A DNA stretch of 64,000 bases, taken from positions 33,201 through 97,200 of the forward strand of contig QKAF01000027.1 of NCBI GenBank assembly GCA_003246455.1, read 5' to 3'. This DNA is from Bacteroidota bacterium. Lineage in GTDB: Bacteria; Bacteroidota; Ignavibacteria; SZUA-365. Under the pieces are notes generated by a model. That model saw nothing but the letters and a program-made list of their open reading frames with translations. It made no database searches and was not told where the DNA came from. Positions 58,091-64,000 of the stretch are shown piece after piece (the first letter of the stretch is position 1; every line of letters begins with the position of its first letter). The position numbers were made by a program, and so were the translations under genes.

Positions 58091-59941
58091 ATGAAGCGGG
58101 CGACACCGCAAGGAGACCATCCTTCCCGGAAGCGAACGGGACCGTCCGCCGGGGGGCGTTATCTGCTTCCGGCGCTTATTGCAGCAGCCGCGGTGACGCT
58201 GCGACTGTTTTTCGTCTTCTCTCTGAAAGACACCCCGTTTTTCCTTCAGCATTTTTCCGACTCCCGCCTGTACATGCAGCTGGCGGCACAGATCAATGCA
58301 GGCGGTATTCCTCACGCCTACTTCATGTCGCCGCTGTATCCCTACATCATCGCGATCACCGCGTCGATAACCGGAAATCCCGAACTCTGGGTACGCGTGC
58401 TGCAGAGTATTCTGGGCGGAACGACGGTTTTCGTCACGTACCTTCTCGGACGTGAACTGTTCGATCGCAGCACCGGCCTTGCTGCCGCAGCCATCGCCGC
58501 GGTGTATGCGCCGTTCATTTACTACGATGGGCTTCTGCTGACAGAATCCCTGCAGACGCTGCTGATCACGGCGCACCTATACGTGCTCGTGACGGGATTT
58601 CGCCGCAGGGAACTGCAGTACTGGGTCGCTGCAGGCATGCTGTTCGGACTTTCTGTGATTACCCGTGCGTCCATCATCGCTTTTCTGCCTGCCGTTTTCG
58701 TTGTCTGGTTTTTCCTCCGGGAGGGGACACGTCCTCCGCTGCGAAACATGCTTGTCTATGCTCTGACGACACTGGCGATGCTGATTCCGACGGCAATGCA
58801 CAACGCCACCGTCGAAGGGGTGTTCATGCCGGTGACTTCCTCGTTCGGTTTCAACCTGTTTGCCGGGAACAACGAGTCGGCGACCGGACTGTACTCGATG
58901 CCCGAGGATATCGATCTCGAGAAAGATCCCAACGGAGCCCGGTGGGTCGAGCACAAGACCGGACGCGAGATGAATGCCGCGGAGATCTCGGCGTTCTGGC
59001 GCGATCGCGCCATCGCGTGGATGACCGCGCACCCCGGACAGACGGTTTCTCTGTTGTTCAGAAAGGCGCTTCTGTTCTTTTACCCGGGTGAAATCGATCA
59101 GCTGGGTCTCAGCATGCGCTTCTATACGCAGGAATATGGGCCGGTAATAGGACTTCCCGCCGGGGTGTTCCCGATCCTCTTGATTCTCGCTGCCATCGGT
59201 GGCCTCATTGCTCTGCGGACGCACAGCGGGAGCTGGATTCCTCCCGCCTTCTTTTCTGTGCATGTTGTTTCGACGGTAATCTTTTTTGTCAGCGCCCGTC
59301 TCCGTCTTCCGATCATGCCTGTGCTTATGCTGTATGCCGCGTTTGCGGTGACCTCGGCCATCCGGATGACAAGGGAAGGGAAGCTGCTCGCGCTTCGCCT
59401 GCCCGTGGGTGTCGGCACGGGTGTCGTGCTCGGTCTCTTTCTCCTGCAGCCGTCGGTTCAGCAGGGATTCGAACAGGAATACCTCAAGCTCGGCAAAGCG
59501 GCTTTCGCAGACGGGGATTACCCGGAAGCGGAAACGCGCTTTCGCGCGTCGCTGAAGGAGGAGGTGACGGTGGACGGCCTCGTCAATCTCGGAAATGCCC
59601 TGGCGGCGCAGGGGCAGTCAGCGGAAGCCGCCTCGGAGTACCGCGAGGCTTTGAGGCGCGACTCGACAAATGCCCTGGCCTGGTTCAATTTCGGGAATCT
59701 GCGCATGCAGACGGGGAGCCCGCAGTACGCGTATGGATACTGGAAGAAAGCCGTCGCGTGCGACCCGTTGTTTGCCGAAGCACGGCGGAACCTGGGGCTT
59801 CTGCTCATGCGCGTCGGCCGGCTCCGGGAAGCGCAGGAGCAGCTTGAGTCCTACCTCACGCTCGAACCCGATGCGGGGCGACGCGCGGAAATCGAGAAGG
59901 ATCTCGAGACGCTGCAGGGAATGCTCCGCTCGGGCGGATGA
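58091..59941 (+). CDS. Glycosyltransferase family 39 (PMT/ArnT-like) membrane protein fused to C-terminal TPR repeats.
   Basis: About 11 TM with a GT-C-type N-terminus. C-terminal TPR-like repeats (AEAASEYREALRRDSTNALAWFNFGNL...). Confidence 0.65.
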   Translation: MKRATPQGDHPSRKRTGPSAGGRYLLPALIAAAAVTLRLFFVFSLKDTPFFLQHFSDSRLYMQLAAQINAGGIPHAYFMSPLYPYIIAITASITGNPELWVRVLQSILGGTTVFVTYLLGRELFDRSTGLAAAAIAAVYAPFIYYDGLLLTESLQTLLITAHLYVLVTGFRRRELQYWVAAGMLFGLSVITRASIIAFLPAVFVVWFFLREGTRPPLRNMLVYALTTLAMLIPTAMHNATVEGVFMPVTSSFGFNLFAGNNESATGLYSMPEDIDLEKDPNGARWVEHKTGREMNAAEISAFWRDRAIAWMTAHPGQTVSLLFRKALLFFYPGEIDQLGLSMRFYTQEYGPVIGLPAGVFPILLILAAIGGLIALRTHSGSWIPPAFFSVHVVSTVIFFVSARLRLPIMPVLMLYAAFAVTSAIRMTREGKLLALRLPVGVGTGVVLGLFLLQPSVQQGFEQEYLKLGKAAFADGDYPEAETRFRASLKEEVTVDGLVNLGNALAAQGQSAEAASEYREALRRDSTNALAWFNFGNLRMQTGSPQYAYGYWKKAVACDPLFAEARRNLGLLLMRVGRLREAQEQLESYLTLEPDAGRRAEIEKDLETLQGMLRSGG

Positions 59942-59993
59942 GAATCGCCGAGAGCAGGCACTTCACGCATTGCAGTACGAAGCCCCCATATTG

Positions 59994-60021
59994 AAAAACG
60001 CCCCATGACGGGGCGTTTTTT
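59994..60021. terminator. Bidirectional rho-independent terminator between the GT39 gene (+) and the CBS gene (-).
   Basis: AAAAACGCCCC-atga-CGGGGCGTTTTTT. A/T runs on both sides. Confidence 0.7.
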
Positions 60022-60040
60022 CGTGATAATGTCGGGAGAG

Positions 60041-60610
60041 CTATCCCTCGTCGTCCGCCAGCAGATCGGGTTCGTCGGGCAGGACGATTTCCTCTTCCGC
60101 GGAGGCAAAGGGATGCGGCGGAAGGTTCAGCACCTCGTCGGCGAAATGCTGGACGAGGTAGGAGATGATATCCTTGATCGAACAGAGGCCGACGGGTTCG
60201 AAGAGATCGTTCACCAGCGGGATATGACGGTAACCGCCGAGATCCATGAAGTTGAGCGCGTACGCGATGGTATCATCTTCGTTGAGCGCCTGCGGATTGA
60301 TGGTCATCACTTCCGTGATCGGAGTGGTGCGCAGATCAAACGATGTCCCGACAATTTTTTTCAGAACATCACGTTCCGTGAAAATCCCCAGCAGTTTGCG
60401 ATGACTCGTGACGAGCACACAACCGATGCGCTTGCTCTGCATCAGGTGGATTGCATCGCGTATCGGCGTGTCGATATCAACCGTGATGGCCGGTTTCATG
60501 ATGCTGTGCAGAGACCGGCGCAGATCGCTCACCTCCAGCGCTGGAGTATAGGGATCTTCTTCCTCGCTGAAAACGGTATCCGGATCGTCCTTCCTGTTCA
60601 TCACAACCAC
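60041..60610 (-). CDS. CBS-pair domain protein.
   Basis: Two CBS motifs (VMKPAITVDIDTPIRDAIHLMQSKRIGCVLV; VMTINPQALNEDDTIAYALNFMDLGGYRHIPLV). Confidence 0.7.
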   Translation of the reverse strand: MVVMNRKDDPDTVFSEEEDPYTPALEVSDLRRSLHSIMKPAITVDIDTPIRDAIHLMQSKRIGCVLVTSHRKLLGIFTERDVLKKIVGTSFDLRTTPITEVMTINPQALNEDDTIAYALNFMDLGGYRHIPLVNDLFEPVGLCSIKDIISYLVQHFADEVLNLPPHPFASAEEEIVLPDEPDLLADDEG

Positions 60611-60627
60611 TTTCGCTGGTGAAAAAA

Positions 60628-62160
60628 CTATTCGAGAGTTCCGATGCTACGTTCGACGTGCTCTAAGATAGTATTTTTTTGCACGAGTTCAGCGGTGCGC
60701 CGGAGATCTTCGAACATCAGCCGGTCGGCGTCGATATGCGGGACATGCTGTCGTACCACCGTGTGCGCGACGCGTGTCCCGCGTCCGCGTTCCATCGGGG
60801 CGTGAAAATCAAGCGCCTGCGCGGCAGTCATGAACTCCACGGCGAGGACGTTTTCAACGTTTCGCATGATCTGCCAGGCTTTCCTTGCGCCGATGGAACC
60901 CATGCTGTTGTGGTCTTCCTGGTTCGCCGAGGTCGGAATCGAGTCGACGCTCGCGGGATGCGCGAGCACCTTGTTTTCCGATACCAGCGACGCCGCGGTG
61001 TACTGGGCGATCATCAGTCCGCTGTTGAGTCCGCCCTGCGGCGTGAGGAAACGCGGCAGACCGCTCAGCTTGCCGTTCACCATCCGTTCCGTCCGGCGCT
61101 CGGAGATGTTGGCGAGTTCCGACAGTGCGATACCGAGGAAATCCGCGGCGAGCGCGACCGGCTGTCCATGGAAATTCCCTCCTTCGATCAGTGCCTCCGA
61201 TTCGGCGAAGATCAGGGGATTGTCCGTCGCGGCATTGATTTCCCGGAGAAGCACACCTTCGACATAGGCGACCGCATCCCGGGATGCGCCGTGCACCTGG
61301 GGCATGCAGCGAAGGGAGTATGCGTCCTGTACGGCGTCATGTCCTTCGCGATGGGATTCACGGATCTCGCTGTCCTCGAGCAGCCGCAGGATATTCCGTG
61401 CGACCATCTGCTGACCGGGATGGGGCCGAACCGCATGCAGACGTGGATCGCAGGCGTTGGTGGTGCCCAGCAGTCCTTCGAGCGTCATCGCGCCGGCGAT
61501 GTCGCACTGACGGATCAGCGACTTTGCGCGGGCGGTGGTCCATGTCAGGTATGCCGTCATCATCTGCGTCCCGTTGATCAGGGCGAGACCTTCCTTCGCG
61601 GCAAGCACGACCGGGAGGAGCCCTTTCTCCTTCAGCGCGTCGGCCGCGGGGCGTTTTCCGTCGCCCTCCCATACCGACTCGAGTCCCATCATGCCGCAGA
61701 CCAGGTGGGCAAGCTGCACGAGATCGCCGCTCGATCCGACCGATCCCTGCGAGGGGATGACGGGTACGATATCCTCATTGAGCATGGCGAGGAGCAGTTC
61801 GACAGTGCTGATACGGATACCGGAATACCCTTTCGCCAGGGCGTTCGCGCGCAGCAGCATCAGGATTCGCGTGATATGTTTCGGGATGGGATCTCCGCAG
61901 CCGACGGCATGGCTCACGATCAGGTTATACTGGAGCTGCTCGAGCTGATCGCCGCCGATATTCACGTTGCTGAACTCTCCGAATCCCGTGGTGATCCCGT
62001 ACATGACCTTGTTGTCGCGTACCCACGCGTCGACGAGGTCACGTGAGGCCTGCATGCGCGGAAGCGCTTCGTCCGCCAGCGCGACGCGGCATTCTCCCGC
62101 GGCGACAGCCATCACGTCGTCAAGGGTGAGAGAGTTTCCGTCGATTTTCAGTGTCGTCAT
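60628..62160 (-). CDS. hutH: Histidine ammonia-lyase.
   Basis: MTTLKIDGNSLTLDDV..., MIO region GSVGSSGDLVQLAH, YGITTGFG. Start at 62160. The longer table ORF is rejected. Confidence 0.85.
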   Translation of the reverse strand: MTTLKIDGNSLTLDDVMAVAAGECRVALADEALPRMQASRDLVDAWVRDNKVMYGITTGFGEFSNVNIGGDQLEQLQYNLIVSHAVGCGDPIPKHITRILMLLRANALAKGYSGIRISTVELLLAMLNEDIVPVIPSQGSVGSSGDLVQLAHLVCGMMGLESVWEGDGKRPAADALKEKGLLPVVLAAKEGLALINGTQMMTAYLTWTTARAKSLIRQCDIAGAMTLEGLLGTTNACDPRLHAVRPHPGQQMVARNILRLLEDSEIRESHREGHDAVQDAYSLRCMPQVHGASRDAVAYVEGVLLREINAATDNPLIFAESEALIEGGNFHGQPVALAADFLGIALSELANISERRTERMVNGKLSGLPRFLTPQGGLNSGLMIAQYTAASLVSENKVLAHPASVDSIPTSANQEDHNSMGSIGARKAWQIMRNVENVLAVEFMTAAQALDFHAPMERGRGTRVAHTVVRQHVPHIDADRLMFEDLRRTAELVQKNTILEHVERSIGTLE

Positions 62161-62239
62161 TGTCCTTACCGTTTGAATGCAAAAAAGCACATCAATAAAA
62201 ATACGGAGATCTGCCGAGAGGGGAAAGGCAGGATCGCAC

Positions 62240-62268
62240 TTGACATTGCGGAAACGGGGGGTTATATT
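62240..62268 (+). promoter_or_regulatory. Sigma-70-like promoter TTGACA-N17-TATATT upstream of the MarR/GbsR-type regulator.
   Basis: Consensus -35/-10 with 17-nt spacing. Followed by the direct repeat AAATATTccAAATATT (62281..62300), a possible operator. Confidence 0.4.
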
Positions 62269-62308
62269 TTCCCAACGTTTGAAATATTCCAAATATTATC
62301 GATGTCAG

Positions 62309-62800
62309 ATGGATCATGATCCCTCGGAACTCCAGAAGGAATTTGTCGAGGCCTTTGGCGGTCTTTACGCGGCATACGGTTGGAAACGGCTCGACGGGCT
62401 CATCATCGGGCTGATGCTCGCAAAGGCGGAGACGCTCTCCCTCGATGAGATCTGTGCGGCTCTCGGACGCAGCAAAGGACCGATTTCCGAGAGCGTTCGT
62501 CAGCTCGCGGAGAAGGGTCTCCTGCAGAAAATGGCCGGGAGGGAGAATCGCCGCGACTATTATGCCATCGACCCCGAGGTTTTTCATCACAACCACCTTC
62601 TCAACATGCAGGCGGTGCGGAAGAACCGGGAAATCGCGGAGCGATTTCTCGCCCTCGAATCCGGTGCCGACGAGCATGCGGGAATGCGGCGGAGTCTTCG
62701 CGAGATGCACGCGTTCTACACGCTGATGGAAAGCTTCTACAGTGACTTCACCGTGAAATGGGTCGAAGAAAAACAACGTCTCCGGGATCATGAGCGCTGA
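62309..62800 (+). CDS. MarR/GbsR-type winged-helix transcriptional regulator.
   Basis: wHTH region LSLDEICAALGRSKGPISESVRQLAEKGLLQK. 163 aa. Confidence 0.55.
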   Translation: MDHDPSELQKEFVEAFGGLYAAYGWKRLDGLIIGLMLAKAETLSLDEICAALGRSKGPISESVRQLAEKGLLQKMAGRENRRDYYAIDPEVFHHNHLLNMQAVRKNREIAERFLALESGADEHAGMRRSLREMHAFYTLMESFYSDFTVKWVEEKQRLRDHER

Positions 62801-62860
62801 GTTTCCAGTCGGTGCGACAGTGAACGGCGCTTCGGTCTTCGCAGAGAAAAGGAATGGACT

Positions 62861-63871
62861 ATGCGCAATGCGATAATAACCGGTACCGGGCTGTACGCGC
62901 CCGGAGAACCGATTCCCAACGCGGTATTTGATCAGCGGCACGGGCAGGAAATCGATGCCTTTCTCCGCGAAAACCGCAACATCTATCAGCGATACTACAT
63001 GGCGGAGGACCAGGCGACGTCGGATCTCGTCGTCCCTGCCGCGCGGGAGGCTCTGGCGGAAGCCGGGATTACGGCGGATGCGCTGGATCTTGTGATCGTC
63101 TCGACGGATACGCCGGACTACATCTCTCCCAGCACGGCCGCCGTCGTTCAGTACCGGATCGGTGCGGTGAACGCGGGTGTTTTCGATGTGAACACCGCCT
63201 GTGCGGGCTTCGTCACCGCCCTTGATATCGCCTGGAAGTACATTCGGTCGGACGAGCGATACCGGCACATCCTCGTCGTCGGCGCCTACGGGATGAGCAA
63301 GTACCTGGATCAGGATGATTATAAAATCGCCACGCTCTTCGCGGACGGTGCCGGTGCGGTCGTGCTTTCCACGGCGGATGCCGTCGTCGGAGGCGGTCAG
63401 GGCATTCTCACGTCGGAATTGTATGCCGACGGCAGCTATCACGATTACATGGGGATCTACGGGGGAGGAACGCGGATCCCGGCGACGCACGCGAGTGTCG
63501 ATGCGAAGGATACGCTTCTCCGCTTCGCAAAGAAAATCCCCCCGGAGACGAATCCCCGGCATTGGCCCCGGCTTGTGCGGAACGTGCTGGAGAAAATCGG
63601 GAAGACGCCGCAGGACGTGAAGAAGTATTTCTTCACCCAGATCAACATCAACAGTATCCGGCAGACCCTGGATATTCTCGATGTGCCGCATGACCGCGCG
63701 CATAATGTCATGGACAAATTCGCCTATACCGGCAGCGCCTGCATCCCGATGGCTATTGCAGATGCGGTTGATGCCCACGCGCTCGACGCGGGGGACCTGG
63801 TGATGCTCGTCGGATCGGGCGGAGGGATCGCCATGGCCGCGCTTGCCCTTGAATGGTCCTACAGCAGCTGA
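62861..63871 (+). CDS. 3-oxoacyl-ACP synthase III-like (FabH-type KAS III / thiolase-fold condensing enzyme).
   Basis: Active-site Cys (NTACAGF). C-terminal His/Asn region (HNVMDKFAYTGSACIP, GSGGG). Confidence 0.75.
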   Translation: MRNAIITGTGLYAPGEPIPNAVFDQRHGQEIDAFLRENRNIYQRYYMAEDQATSDLVVPAAREALAEAGITADALDLVIVSTDTPDYISPSTAAVVQYRIGAVNAGVFDVNTACAGFVTALDIAWKYIRSDERYRHILVVGAYGMSKYLDQDDYKIATLFADGAGAVVLSTADAVVGGGQGILTSELYADGSYHDYMGIYGGGTRIPATHASVDAKDTLLRFAKKIPPETNPRHWPRLVRNVLEKIGKTPQDVKKYFFTQININSIRQTLDILDVPHDRAHNVMDKFAYTGSACIPMAIADAVDAHALDAGDLVMLVGSGGGIAMAALALEWSYSS

Positions 63872-63889
63872 GACAGCAAGATGAACGGT

Positions 63890-64000
63890 GAAACGTACTA
63901 CGCCTGGTTCGCCTTCAGCGCCTATGCCATTGCCATAGCGGGTATCGCCGTGTGGTCGCGGAAACGGGCGCGGTCGATGGAGTCCTTCTCCGTCGGGACC
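63890..64000 (+). CDS. Start of a membrane protein, possibly a solute:sodium symporter family N-terminus. Truncated by the window end.
   Basis: MNGETYYAWFAFSAYAIAIAGIAVWSRKRARSMESFSVG, hydrophobic with an RK motif resembling the SSS-family TM1 region. Confidence 0.25.

Overview
This is a high-GC (~60-65%) chromosomal window from a bacterium of the FCB-group type. Six proteins end in a type IX secretion (T9SS) C-terminal sorting domain (motifs such as NYPNPFNP / NFPNPFNP), yet most genes carry clear Shine-Dalgarno sites, which is unlike Bacteroidia. Most of the window is housekeeping: der, a NatAB-like ABC exporter, dus, fur-feoAB with a perfect palindromic operator, serA/serC flanking a DUF1015-like gene, trpS-scpA-scpB-rluB, recD2, an aminotransferase, a nuoG-H-I fragment, hutH, and a FabH-like KAS III. 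A divergently transcribed pair of 681-aa T9SS-cargo paralogs sits beside a CTD-tagged M1 aminopeptidase. The main finding is a seven-gene, same-strand cluster at ~30.5-41.1 kb, downstream of the only AT-rich island in the window. It holds two tandem pairs of inner-membrane motor-like proteins. Each pair has a GldL/ExbB-like polytopic subunit with a conserved Glu in its last TM helix, and a ~500-aa bitopic subunit of GldM size but with an ExbD/TolR-like acidic TM residue. These are followed by two paralogous putative outer-membrane beta-barrel proteins and a vWA plus OmpA_C peptidoglycan-anchor protein. None of the seven carries a T9SS sorting domain, and canonical gldK/gldN are absent. I read it as a candidate undescribed envelope-spanning 5:2-motor-type machine, or alternatively a strongly divergent lineage-specific T9SS/gliding core. 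Smaller observations are listed in the findings. All calls come from reading the translations by eye. Coordinates derived by codon counting may be off by 1-3 nt, and no database search was run.
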